64,000 nucleotides of DNA, from NCBI RefSeq assembly GCF_009834535.1, contig NC_045696.1:105898001-105962000 (forward strand), given 5' to 3'. Shown here in pieces: positions 1 to 12,998 of the stretch (the first letter of the stretch is position 1; the number at the start of each line of letters is the position of its first letter). This DNA comes from Camelus ferus. Its lineage: Eukaryota. The notes under the pieces are model-generated. The model had not been told where the DNA came from. It made no database searches and worked only from the letters and a program-made list of their open reading frames with translations. A program made the position numbers and the translations under genes.

Positions 1-379
1 TTCCCTCCTAGAGTCTAGAGGTAAAGACAAAGGTTATAAGGAGAAACAGTAGGGGCATGAGGATGGTCAGGATTCTTAGGTGGGAATAGTGCTGTGTTGG
101 AAGAGAAGCAACTGTGGGTTACAGAAAAAGTCTGGAGCTTGGGTTTGATTATCTCCAACACTGAGATCAGAGGTGCAGTAAAATGAGGAATGGGTTCCCA
201 TCAAATGGATTCTCTGTGCCAGATGCTGCCGAGGGGCTTTATATATGTTATCACTGTTAGTCCGTTAAAAAATGTGAAATTTGGCATTTGTGCAGAAGAC
301 CACACATGAGAACTTAAATTTATAATTTAAAGAATGATAAAAAATGAACTCTGCATTAACGGCCAGGCCAGTTGTACGT

Positions 380-1000
380 GCCTTCCTCTATCGTATCTTT
401 CTCTCTCTCCCCAGGCTACACTTCGCTGAATTTTCGGTTGTTTTCTTTTCTTTATAACTTTGCCACTTATGTTTGTATCTGAACAATATTTGACTTTCTG
501 TTTAAGTAAATGGAATCACATTGTGCATATTCTTTTTTGATTTGTTTCTCTTAACATTGTTAGGTTCATTCATGCAGATGAGTGTAGCTGTATTTTATTA
601 ATTTCCTATATTGTAGAATATACAATTTATTGATTCATTCTATTAATGTACATTTAGGTTGTGTGTTTTTTTGGATATTATGATAATTTTTATATTGACT
701 ACCCATGTACGTGTGACAACTTCAGATAAGAGTTTTCCTAGGATATATACCTGATAATGGAATTTTTATGCCAAATTCTTTGAAAGAAGCTTTGAATCAG
801 TTTATTCTCCCACCAGCAGTGATCTCTGACATGTTATCTCACTGTGGTTTTAATTTTCATTTCCTTGGTGACTAAGGAGGTTGAACAACTTAACCCCACT
901 CCCACCCCCCACCACCATATGTTTATGGGATTTTGGGTTTCTGTGAAATTTGTTTAATTATTTTACCCATTTTTAAAATTGGGTTCATGTTCTTTGCATA
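380..1000 (-). mobile_element. Ancient L1 3' fragment (L1MC/ME-like)
   Basis: Degenerate motifs aatggaatcaca, ctcccaccagcag, atctcactgtggttttaat; boundaries approximate. Confidence 0.6.
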
Positions 1001-1460
1001 TTCATTTTCTCACAATTTATAAAAATTGTTTAGTTGATCAGTTTTTATTCACTTGTTTAATTAACATTCTTCATTGAACCTCCTCTTATTTTTTGCATCA
1101 AGAGCAATAACCTTAATATGGCCTATCGGAATGCGGATTTGGCCAGCTCCCTCCATGACCATTCCGCCTCTGTTTTCTGTCTCTGTGTTCCAAATGATAG
1201 TCTTTGAATTCCTCAGGTATTTAAGGTTTCTTAGGTCTTTGCATATGTTCTTTCTCCCTTTGCCTAGCCAATTTTCTTTCTTCCTTCAAGTCTGTGTTAA
1301 AGTACCCCCTCCCCTTGGAAAGCACTCTTATCTTAATCCACCTCAGATTCACATACTTTGTGTCTCTACACTTATTTATGAAAAATACAGTAATTTTAGT
1401 CAGATGACTAGACAGGAGGAGAAAGAGAGCTGTCAATATGTCCATTTCTACTAGGAGGTT

Positions 1461-1668
1461 TTTTTTTTTAATTGAAGTATAGTCTGTTTACAATGTTGTG
1501 TCAATTTCTGGTGTACAGCCCTGTGCTTCAGTCATACATGAATATACATATATTCATTTTCATATTCTTTTTCACCGTAAGCCACTACAAGATATCAAAT
1601 ATAGTTCCCTGTGCTATACAGTAAGTATAAACTTGTTTATCTGTTTTATATATACCAGTCAGTATCTG
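1461..1668 (-). mobile_element. Short L1 3'-end insertion
   Basis: T tract followed by aattgaagtatag...tatagttccctgtgctatacagt; TSD ctaggag(g/a)tt at 1451 and 1669. Confidence 0.85.
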
Positions 1669-1882
1669 CTAGGAGATTAAAAAACACATTGTGCAAAGTG
1701 ATAAACAAGGATAAAAGCTGTTGAGTTTAAATAGTGAATGATTTGGGTAGTCGTAACAGTAGCCTCGTCAGTGTTATTCCCTGACTCCTGTTTGTATTTC
1801 TGTTTTCTGTTTGGTTGGAGAAGGGTGGTAAGGAAAATACAGACCATTGGACTGATTGTAACTGAGGGAGCATATGCTAGGT

Positions 1883-3490
1883 TTTTTTTTTTAATTGAAA
1901 CATTGATGTACAATATTATGTTAGTTTCAAGTGAACTTCCTAAGGTTTTGACATATACATACATTATGAAATGATCACCAGGATAACTCTAGTAACCATC
2001 TGTCCCCATACAAAGTTACTAAGTATTATTGACCATATTCCCTTATGCTGTATATTACATGCCCATGGTCATTTATTATATAACTGGAGGTTTGTACCTT
2101 TTAATCCCCCTTTTTTTGTCTATCAGCCCACCCCTCTCCCTTCTAGCAATCACCTATTCTTTGTGTCTGTGAGTCTGTTTTCATTTTGTTTTTGTTCTTT
2201 TTTTTAGATTCTGCATGTGAGACCATGAAGTATTTGTCTTTCTCTGTCTGACTTATTTTACTTACTGTAGTACCTACTAGATCCATCTGTGTTGTCGAAA
2301 ATGGATCCCCCCATGGCTGAGTAATATTTCATTATAGATGCAGACATCACTTCTATTTTATTGATTTTTTTTTTTTATCATTGGACACTTAGGTTGCTTC
2401 CATATCTTGGCTGTTGTAAATAATGCTGCAGTGAACATTGGAGTACATATATCTTTTTGAATTAATGTTTTTGTTTTTGTTTTGGGTAAATACCTCAAAG
2501 TGAAATTGCTAACTCATATGACAGTTCTATTTTTAATCTTTTGCAGAATCTCCATACTGTTTTCCAATAATGGCTGCACCAGTTTCCAGTCCTACCAACG
2601 GTGCATGAGGGTTCCCTCTAATTCACATCTTGGTCAACACTTGTTATTTGTTTTTTTGTTTGATGATAGCCATTCTGACAGGTGCAGGGTGGTATCTCTT
2701 AGTTTTGATTTGCATTTCCCTGATGATCACCGATCTTGGGCATTTTTTCATGTGTCTGTTTGCATCTGTGTGTCTTCTTTGGAGAAATGTCTATTCAGGT
2801 TCTCTGCTCATTTTGTGATTGGGTTGGTTGGCTTTTTTTTTTTTTTTAAATGTTGAGTTGTATGAGTTTGTATTTTGGGTGTTAACCCCTTAGTGGATAT
2901 ATCGTTTCTGGTATCTTCTCCCATTTGGTAGGTTGCCTTTTTGTTTCATTAATAGTTTCCTTCACTGTGCAAAATTTTTTTAGTTTGATGTATCTTGCTT
3001 GTTTTTTTTTGCTTTTATTTCCCTTGCCTGAGGAGACGTACCCCTCAAAATATTGCTAAGACCAATGTCAAAGAGTGCACAACTTATGTTTTCTTGTAGG
3101 AGTTTATGGCTTCAGGTCATACATTTAAGTCTTTAATCCATCTTGAGTTTGTTTTCGTATATGGTGTGAGAAAGTAGTCCAGTTTGATTCTTTTACATGT
3201 AGCTGTTCAGTTTTCCCAGCACCATTTATTGAAGAGGCTTTCTTTTCCTCATTGTATATCCTTTCTTCCTTTGTCATAGATTAATTGACTGTATAAGTTT
3301 GAGTTCATTTCTGGGTTTTCTGTTCTTTTCCCTTGATCTGTGTCTGTTTTTATGCTAGTCCATACTATTTTGATTACCGTAGCTTTGCAGTATATGTAAC
3401 TTGAAATAAAGGGGCACGATACTTCCAACTTTGTTCTTTCTGCAGATTGTTTTGGCTGTTTGGGGTCTTTTGTGTTCACGCATGAGTTTT
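1883..3490 (-). mobile_element. Degenerate L1: 3'UTR plus ORF2 3' region
   Basis: T tract and canonical antisense L1 motifs (gttttgatttgcatttccctgatg, ttttcccagcaccatttattgaagag); ORF 3249-3479 resembles ORF2. Confidence 0.9.
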
Positions 3491-3539
3491 AATAATGGCC
3501 ATGCAACTACCTAAACTATGTATTTGAAGTGAAGTCCAA

Positions 3540-3903
3540 ATTCCTGTAACAGACTGAAAATGAGTAATGCCTCAGACACAATAGATTTTTATTTCTCACT
3601 CATGAAATAGTCCAAGGTGAATGTTCCTCTTTGGTAGGTGGTTCTCTTTCAGGTGGTTTCTTTCATCGCATGACTCTTTTATCCTTTTTGACCAGTAGAA
3701 GAGGAAAGAGGAGGTACAGGAGGCACATCAGCTGTCTTCAAAGCCCTCACCTGAAGTGGCACAAGTCATTTCCATTTAACATTCCACTGGAAAGAACTTA
3801 GTATATGATCATTCTTTCTGTTCAGGAGGTTGGAATATCTAGTGTGCCAAGTACACAGCCACAATCCCATAACTGTGGAAGGAGAAAAGTGGTCTCTGCC
3901 ACA
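3540..3903. mobile_element. MaLR LTR remnant (MLT1-like)
   Basis: Contains gaagtggcaca...cattccactgg and ends in ggtctctgccaca. Confidence 0.5.
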
Positions 3904-4854
3904 GTGGCCTTGGGAAAGTCGTCTTATTTCTGTAGGTCTTAGTTCTTAAGGTATAAAATAAAGGATCTATATTGAGAAGATTTATAACACACACATCCTT
4001 ATTTCTTAGTGATTCACCTTAAAAGGTACAAGGAAAATGTTTTTCACTGTGTCTTCATTCACCTTTTTCCAGTGCAGTTTTTAAGGAATATGAGGTGATA
4101 AAGCTGCTTTTCATCACTGTTAAGATTCCTTGTTTTCACAGCCAGGCTACTTAAAGCTCTATAACTTTATCCAGGTCCTAGGTACAAACCTCATCATGGT
4201 CTTATTGTGAATGGAAGCTTATTATGGAAGGTGAAATAATTCTGAGGTTATGTGTTCCTGCCAAGTTGTAGACAAATATATTAGTTGGTTTTGAAATACT
4301 GAATTAAGAACTTGTTTAAATATTCTACATTTTCTTTGGAAAACATAAGAATTTTACATATAAACATCTAATTAAGGAAGCTGACTAGAGCTTGTATCAG
4401 TTTATTCATAAATTTGACCTCTGTTTCAGCAGTTATGATTTCAAGAAAATTGTTTTGATAGTTTTTGTAAGTTTGATAGAGCGAAGTTGGGTAATGGAAA
4501 TTTCATTTTTACATGTGTTTAAAAATTTATTGAACATATACCTCCTTTTTTGAGGGAAATGACATTAGCATGGTAGTTACCACTGGTAATTTAATTTTAG
4601 CTTTTATTTCTCAGTTCCATTTCAATTTTAGTAGAATTTTGGTCTCAGTGATTATAATTTCATAGGGTAACTTGTTTACTAATATATACTGAAGCTATTT
4701 GTATATGAATAGAAAAAGTTTTTATCAGAAATGCCCTTGAGAAAAAATATATTTAGGGAAATGTATGTGTGTGTGTGTATTTTTTTTTTTAAAGAAACAA
4801 ATGAATCAGTTCTTGGCTGTAGTATAATTTATATTCTTAACCTAATATATCATG

Positions 4855-5135
4855 CTCCAATTATCTATTGCTGTAATAAACCATCCCAAAACTCAGTGGT
4901 GTAAAACACACATTTTGTTATGCCTTTGCTCTGTGGTCAGAAACTTGAATAAGGCACAGTAGAGTCAGCTTCTCTAGTTCATGATACCTGAGCCTCAGAT
5001 GGAGCATCTCAAAGTCTGAGGGCTGGAGTTGTGAAGGCCTAGTCACTAAGAAGTCTAGCTGTTGGTGCTGGCAGTCATTTGGGGTTGGTCAGAACACCTA
5101 CACATGGCTCTTAGAATGAGCATCTCACAAGCAAG
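4855..5135. mobile_element. MaLR LTR fragment (MLT1-like)
   Basis: tatctattgctgtaataaaccatcccaaaactcagtgg motif. Confidence 0.65.
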
Positions 5136-5149
5136 TGTTGTAAGAGTTA

Positions 5150-5478
5150 GCAAGTGAAAAGGCAACCTACCGAATGGGAGAAAACCCTAAATGCAGAAAA
5201 TAAGTGTTGTGTGTGGAGAAAAGGGCACCTCCTTTGCACTGTTAGTGGGAATGTAAATTGGTGCAGCCACTGTGAGATATAGTTGGAGGTTCCTCAAAAA
5301 GTTAAAAATAGATCTATCATATGATCTAGCATTTTTACTTCTGGATCCAGCATATTTATCTGAAGGAAGTGAAAACACCAAAAGATATATTAAGTCCCCG
5401 TTCATTGTAGCATTGTTTACAGTAGACAAGATATGGAGACAACCTGAATGTCCACCGATGGATGAAAAGATAAATTGT

Positions 5479-5536
<58 letters not shown>

Positions 5537-5953
5537 ATGGAAAGTTATTTAGCTATAAAAAAGGAAGTCTTTCCTTTCACATCGACGTGGATGGATGGCC
5601 CTCGAGGTCAATATGCTATATGAAATAATTCAGACAGAGAAAGACAAGTACCATTTGATCTCACTTATATGCGAAATCTAGAACGAACAACAAACAAACA
5701 AACAAACAATCAAAGAGATAACCAAAACCCCCAAACTCATAGATACGAAGAACAGATTGTTGATTGCCAGACTGCAGGGGAATGGTAGAGGGTGGGCGAA
5801 CTGGGTGAAGGGGATCAAAAAGCAAAAACTTCCAGTTATAAAAAAGTTATGGAGTTGTAATGCTACAGCATGGTGACTAGTTAATAATACTGTATTGTAC
5901 ATTTGAAAGTTAAGAGTGTAGACGTTAGAAGTCCTCATCACAAGAAAAAAAAA
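5150..5953 (+). mobile_element. L1 3' fragment, sense to PIK3CB, containing a (CA)n tract
   Basis: ORF2-like WRFLKKLKIDLSYD and L1 3'UTR motifs ending in an A tract. Confidence 0.88.
5482..5534. repeat. Perfect (CA) microsatellite, about 26 units
   Basis: Directly visible. Confidence 0.98.
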
Positions 5954-6781
5954 TGCAGTTTTTGAGATAATACTGTCTTGACTATTTTGGAAAAAATAAG
6001 TGGTTAATAGATTAACTATAGGGTAGTGTTATAAATTAAATACAGGACAATATCCAAAAGCCAAGTTTGAAGCACAAATAGATGAAGATTTCAGACTTTT
6101 TGGGAACCTAGACATAGTATAGTGACTCGTGATGAATTATTATACTCTGAGCCACATTAACTCCCAATACTTACTCTGTTGTGCACAGGTTGTAGGCTGG
6201 GGCAGTGAGGCAGTGAGGGGGTTTCATGACAGTGAATCTGTGGTGCGACCTTAACACTTCAGGTGAGGCCTCCTGATCCCCAGGTAATACTACTTTCCAT
6301 ACCCTCTGTGAAGTTTAAGCAGACACTCCATACTTCCCCCTTTCAGTATTCCATCCTCATCTCTTGTGTTTAAGGTTCTTTGCTGGTTGAGTCATGTAAG
6401 CCTTCACTACCTTTGTTTTATTCTCCCCTGCAGTCTAAGAAGGAGCACTGTCTGAGTGAAACAGAAGACCTCCTCTCATTTGTCTTTCTCTGCAGACCTC
6501 AGTGGTCTGGTATGGACTGGGTTGGAAATGGCTTAGTTTTATTTTTGTAATCCTCTCCTCCCCCAATCAAGTGTGTGATATGGCATCTTCCACAGAATGA
6601 ATACTTAGTAAATATTTATTAACTTGAATTTCAGTGATTTTTATTGTCTTTCTCTCTTGATGGAGGTTTTGCACTGATGATACTATCAGCCTGTCTCGCC
6701 TGATATACTGTGTTCTCTAGAGAATAGACAGTGAAAGAAAAGTTGGCATCAGGGACAGATACCTCTTCTATTTTTTCTAGG

Positions 6782-6806
6782 TTTTTTTTTTTTTTTTTTT
6801 TTTTTT
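6782..6806. repeat. Poly-T run, 25 nt
   Basis: Directly visible. Confidence 0.95.
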
Positions 6807-9800
6807 GGTATTCTCTGTTTACTGTCAGTAGTGAAGGGGCTACAAAAGCTACACACAGAAGCATTTTGTCATTCATGGCTGGATAATTTACGAGGAAAAC
6901 TGGTCTCCAAGGAAAAGTTTTAAAACAGACAAACAAATACTTGCATAGACCGAACTTACACCAGTATGCAGAAGAGTAATATCCTGAAATGGCTTGGGAG
7001 AAATGCTAGCTTTTTAGGACTGTCTTTTAATTTTTATGCATTACAACTTATTTTCAAAATGATGGCAGACAGAAATAACCAAAAGATTCAGAGCCTGGAG
7101 TAGTGCTTCTTCTACAGCTGTAAGCTATTTAAAATTCTTCTCGTGTTACTGTTTGCCATTCAGATGGCTTTCTGGCACTGGTTCAGTTCCTAGATGTGAG
7201 GGCTGTTGGTTAGTTACTCACCAGCATCACTACACACTTGTACAATCTGGCTCATGACTCACCCTCACAGCACTTATGTGTGGGTCCCCTTTGCTCTGCA
7301 GTCATTTCTGATTATTTGATGTCGCTTGTTATAAACAAGAACCGGAATTGATTGAATACCATTTCTCAGATGAAGATTTGTTGTCATTCAAAAAAGGAAA
7401 AAGAAAAATCCACCCTAGTCAGTCTGTTGGATCCATTACTGCTGGATTGAGAAACAGAAGCAGTTGTCTAGACTATGAAACTTTTGTCTAAAATGTGTAT
7501 CCCATGAGAGGTACCAAAGTGTATCTAATAAGCCAGAATTATTTGTTTCACTTTTGTACTATTACCTAAAATGATTAAAATGCAAAGAAACGCTTAGCAC
7601 GGAAGTCATGGTTGTGCTGAGAGATGGGGGAAGGGGTTGCTATCCAGAAGGAACATCCAAGGAGACACTGAGATGCTGGCAGCATTCCTTCTAATTCTTG
7701 ACCTGGATGGTGGTTTGCTTTATAGTAACTCATTGGGTACTTTTTTGTTTATATATTATTTTAAATGAGAAAAATATTTTAAAATAGAAAGTACTTGCCC
7801 ATCATGTAGGAGAATTCTCTCAGCTGTGACTTCAATGGCTAGAGAGGGTCTGCGTATTTTGTACTGGATGTTGGTAGCAGGTCTTTGTCCTATTAAATTG
7901 ATATATTTAGGGAGATAATCACATTTACACTAAAATGTGGTACTGGTCTACCAGTGACTGAAATTGGTTTGACAGTTAGTTCCCAAATACTGTTTGTTTG
8001 GAAGCTGAAGAGAAGGGACAGTGTGAAGGGACAACATTGTAGGGATAAAATATATGTTTCTTCATAATATATATCAAATTAGAATAATTTATTACTTCTT
8101 TCTTGTTGATAAGCATAATTGAACATTTAGAATAGAGGAGGGCAGACTGAAAACTAGAACACTAAAAAATTAATTAGTATTTTTAATAAAAAATTAAATA
8201 TTTGAATCAAAACCATTTAAATAGTTTTAAATTGAGTATTCTGAAGAGGCTAGCAGTATACCATATTTTGGAATAATGGGGTGATGTAACTTAAATTTTA
8301 TAATCTTTGTAGGAAGATTATTAACATTCTTTAGGCCTAGGAATCTGCTGGATTAAGTTTTTTCATTAGCCCATTTGGTCTGAAGAAATAATACCTGTAA
8401 TGTCCCCTGTCCCCACTCCCCATTGGTGTACCATTGTGGATTATGTATCTAAGTTTCTATTTATATTTTTTTCCTGACAATAATGACTTCTTAAAAAGTT
8501 GTTGGGAATGTGGGAGTTATTTAAAATTCTCTAAAGCTTTTTAAGTAAACAGTGCTAATTTATATTGCTTGTTTCAAACCTTACTATTTGTTCAGTAATT
8601 ATCAGTGGAAGGAGCAAGAAAAGGGTAGAGTAAAAATATGAATTGAAGAACACTCTGTGGTTTGGTGTTTCCCATGTATTTTGAGATTTATTGCATTTCA
8701 AAACCTGTCCTAAAGCATAGACTACTGCTAAGATTCTGCTGCTCTGTGTGATCTTCAAGATTGTAATTCTCAGACCATGGACAGACCTCTGGACAGTCCT
8801 CTGGAATTAGCCTTGACTGTTACTGACTTTGGTGAGGCCTGAATCCTTACCACGTAAAAATCCTCGATAGAGAAAAATACCATACCAATTAGAAATGAAA
8901 AGCACCGATACTCCAAAATGGACAGTGGGTGACAATAGTTAATTTAATTTATTTAAAAAACTGAATATCTTTTATTTGAATACTAAATATATTATGTTAG
9001 TGCACAGAGTGTGCTGTGAATGGAATTTTTTAAAGGAAAAAATAACAGCAATACAATTAAAATGGAAAAATATAATTTCTAAATTTGTAACATGATGATA
9101 GATATTCTGCATTCTGTGAAGTCCACTTAGGGCATTACATTATCTGATAAACTGTAGTTTAATTTAAATATACTTCAGATGAGTATTTGGGATTAAATGT
9201 ATTTGGAGTTTTTTTCCCTTAGAAAACAGGATTTTATTATGAGGTGTCTTTTAGAGATTTAAGTGCTATATTTTATCACAAGAATTATTCTCAAAGCAGA
9301 TATTCTATAAGATTCCAAAGTATTCGATTGATTTGGATAGTATACTTTAACACATTAAAAGTTTCAAAACCTAAGGTAAGCAAGAAACAAGGCAATAAAA
9401 TTACATCTCAGAATTCTAATATTTTCATGCGATATCATTCACTATGAAATGCAGAAAGACTATTAATGTTTAAGGGAAATGACCTCTAACTTATAAATTA
9501 CATTAGTATGATCAAACACATCCAGAAATATGGATTCTAGTAAATATAAAAATTTTTTGATTTTACAAATAATCAGATAAATGCAAATTAACTCAGATAT
9601 CTTTAGATAATTGACTAAGATTTAAAAGCTTTATTACAGTCCTGTTAACAGAAACTGTATACATCCATTAATATAATGGGAATTCTAATTGGTAAAACCT
9701 TTCTTGAAAGTACCTTTCTAAGAACTTTGACTGTATATAAAGAAACTTAAAATAGTTTATAACAAAGATTCTAAACCCTGTTATACCCAAACCCCCTTTT

Positions 9801-11220
9801 TGTAGTATATTTTATAATACTTGTTTTAGTATATTGAAAAGAAATTAATAGGTAATATAATCTACCTACACACATAAGAAAAACATAATGCTTTAACTAT
9901 ACTATGAGGGAAGGTCATTGTGATAAAAAGTGGTGTGCAGTTTTTCCTGCTAAAAAATATGTAAGCACTCAAGTCCAAATGTAGTAGACCAAAGTTAAAG
10001 ATGCTGTTATATAGTTAGATCACTTGTGAATGCATTGACTACAAGTAAAGACCGACACAGGGATGTTGTGTTGGTAACTTAAATTCCATGAGCAATACAT
10101 ATAGCAGCCACTTTTGACTCTATATCATGGCTCACAAAAATAACAAGCTAAGTGGAAAAATTATTTCTCTGGTCCCATGGCTTTTCATTCATAAATAAAC
10201 ATAAAAGGTCATTGAACCCGTCTCCTTCAGGAACCCTGATAGACACTCTAGGGATTTTGACCTTCATAAAGCAAAACTTCTGCTAATATACACACGAGGT
10301 AGGAGTTGCTCTGCCATGTTGTATGCCATTGATATTACTCAATGCCCAGTGTGTAGTTTGATGAAGGAATTTTGTAGTAGCTCATTATACTTTCTCTCTT
10401 TTGTATTGTCATTAACATTATTGGAACCTTTTTTGCAGTTGTGAAAATTGTATTTGTTTTGCTGTAAGGTATGTAACTTTGCATTTTGCCCCTCTAATTT
10501 TGATCTCTTTGAATTGGTTTTGAGCTGCTGATACTAAAATGAATGATGCAGGATAATAGTAACAATAAATATTTAACAAAAGTAATGCTATAGCAGAAAT
10601 GAAGTAAAAGTGTATTTGCTAAGATTTGGAAGCTTCCCATTAACTGTTACCCAAGGGAAAAACTGAACAACACAGCCCTGTGGGATTTCTGTAAAAATTG
10701 TAATTAATCTTGGAAATGCATGTGAGTAAACCACCTGTAAGTCATTAGAGACCACCTTTTAAGAAGCATTGCTCTAATTCCTTTCACATGAAGCAAACAA
10801 GGCTGTTGATTGTATGCTGTGAATAGGAGGCATGGCTGTCCCTTTTGTTGGAAAGAAAAGGGTTTATTGTAAATTAATATTTAGTCATCAATTATTGAGT
10901 ACTTTTTTTTTAATGTCAAGTGCTATGAAGGGTGCTTTTTCTGTGCTATTTTATTTAATCCTTAAAGTAACTCTGCAAAGTGGATGTTACTATTCTTATT
11001 CAGTAAATTAGGGAACTGAATGTCAGCTTAAGTAAGTTATCCAAGGATATAAAATCCAAGCTGTATGAAAAAACATGTAGGTGAAACCATATTATAAAAA
11101 GGACCATTTAGTATTTCAATAATAAAACCTCTGTGGATCTGGTCCAATATTGATGAACCTTATACTAAAGAGAATGATAGAGTGATAATATAAAATTTAT
11201 ACTTTGAAACTATGTCTTTT

Positions 11221-11768
11221 TTTTTAATCAAACAATTTTAATGACGTTAATACTAAGCAGTAAAAGTACAATTACATGGCAAGCCTCACATTTTACATGT
11301 TTAAAATGTTTTTAATTGTCTTTATTTGTAAGGTGTTGAAGGTGGGACCCACTCCTGAATCTTCTTTCTAGTGGTGGAATAAGGTACATATTGTTGTGGA
11401 GTGCCAGTCACATTGAATTTATGGTTTGTCCAAATGAATTTACGAGCAATAGGTAGTTTTGTTGTCGGAGGATCATCAGTCATGCAGTGAAGCCAACGAT
11501 GCCATTCAGGGGGCACCATGCTTCCGTCCACATCCCAGAATGTGTTTTTGCCATTCATTTCAGTGGTATATATAACCCATCGGTGACAGCCAAAAAACTG
11601 CTTGTTGTCTTCATAGTATTTGTTTCCATATTTGTCTTCCCCCACTAATGTACCAACCCTCACATCATTTGCCCTGAATAAAATCCGTAGGTAGCCGCGG
11701 AGGCCGCCGTGGCTGCTGACCTGCTGCAGCCCGTGCTTCAGGACCTGCAGGAGCTCCATCTTGTGGAG
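11221..11768 (-). pseudogene. NDUFA12: Processed retrocopy of NDUFA12 (complex I accessory subunit B17.2) with an intact ORF at 11322-11759
   Basis: Intronless 145-aa [11 protein letters not shown]...[12 protein letters not shown]...PPEWHRWLH...PPSTPYK. About 100 nt of 3'UTR with ATTAAA (11237-11242, minus strand) and a short A tail. TSD ctatgtctttt at 11210-11220 and 11769-11779; L1 endonuclease site TTTT/AA. Confidence 0.95.
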
Positions 11769-12395
11769 CTATGTCTTTTAATACCTTAGGAGAGTAATTT
11801 GTTTTTTTTTTTTGGAGGGGAAACTTTAGTAATAATATATATTTTATTTAAATTTGTACCACTTTAATTTTAGATATATGCTTTTTTTCCCTCTTCAGGG
11901 TATTTACTGTGATGGGTACCAGGTTTTTGTGCATTATAGATTGTTTTTTGGGAAAAATTTTAAAAGAGAAAAATTGCTTAAGCAAAAAAGGAATTATTCT
12001 TGTCAATGTCTAGGTTAGCCACAGAAGCCATTTTGATGTATTAAGTGTGTTTTTAAAAAATTGTTCTGCATTCAAAGAGGTGGAAATAAATCTGGCTTAT
12101 AATAAATAAACTTCTTTTACAGAGGCATATTAAGTATTTGTAAATGTATTCTATTTATACTAACATTAAATAATAAGAATAAAAATGTGTAGTTTAGAAA
12201 TACTGATGAACACAGACATATTAAGACTAGATAGCCTAGCTCTAACTTAAGTTCTTCCTTTGGACTATTATAAGTGTCCTGAATAATAGAACTTAAAAGA
12301 AAAGTGTATAATCTGTATGCTCTCATTAATGAAACATTGAAAAAAGGAAATGTTTATTTATACTTTTGAACTATGTTAATGTATTTCCTTCCAGC

Positions 12396-12477
<82 letters not shown>
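12396..12477. repeat. (TTTC) tetranucleotide microsatellite, about 20 units, at an L1 tail
   Basis: Directly visible; abuts the L1 3' end ttccagttttattgagata. Confidence 0.97.
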
Positions 12478-12478
<1 letters not shown>

Positions 12479-12998
12479 TTTTTCTTCCAGTTTTATTGAG
12501 ATATATTTGACATACAGTGCTGTTTAAGGTGTACAACAATGATTTGATTTACATATATCATGGAATGATTACCACGTTAGGTTTAGTGAAGAGCCATTAT
12601 TTCACATAGATACAACGTTAAAGAAATAGAACAAATTATTTATTTTTCTTTTTTTCCCCTGGGGGAGGTAATTAGGTTTTCTAATTATTATTATTATTGA
12701 TATTTTTAGAGGAGGTACTAGGGTTGAACCCAGGACCTCATGCGTGCTAAGCATGCGCTCTACCACTTGAGCTATACCTTCCCCCAAGAAACAGAAAAAA
12801 TGTTTTTTTTTCCCTTGTGATGAGAACTCTTAAGATTTACTCTCTTAACTTTCATATGTGTCATATAGTAGTGCTGGTTATTTTTATCATGTTGTACATT
12901 AGCTCTCTAGTACTTTTAAGTTATAACTGGAAGTTTGTACCTCTTGACTACCTTCATCTATCTCTCCTTCTACTCCCTTCCCCTCCCACCCTCTGGTT
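12478..12998 (-). mobile_element. L1 3'UTR fragment split by a SINE
   Basis: ttttattgagatat...gtgatgagaactcttaagatttactctc...ataactggaagtttgtacc, reverse-similar to the L1 3' end at 5820-5945. Confidence 0.85.
12637..12785 (-). mobile_element. tRNA-derived camelid-type SINE (Vic-1-like) nested in an L1 3'UTR
   Basis: Minus strand reads ggtatagctcaagtggtagagcgcatgcttagcacgcatgaggtcctgggttcaa (A and B boxes), then an aaacctaattacctccccc tail. Degenerate TSD aagaaa(t/c)agaa(c/a)aaat at 12621 and 12786. Confidence 0.9.

Noticed and set aside
1074..1454. 126-aa ORF and its antisense 74-aa ORF
   Set aside because: Non-ATG start for the longer ORF, no recognisable family, and a length compatible with chance.
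7255..7261. AP-1 consensus TGACTCA in repeat-poor sequence
   Set aside because: A single 7-mer is expected several times by chance in 64 kb, and no supporting data are available.
12700..12785. tRNA-like sequence with A and B boxes (also in the four other copies)
   Set aside because: These are SINE heads with tails and TSDs and lack a proper acceptor stem, so they are not tRNA genes.
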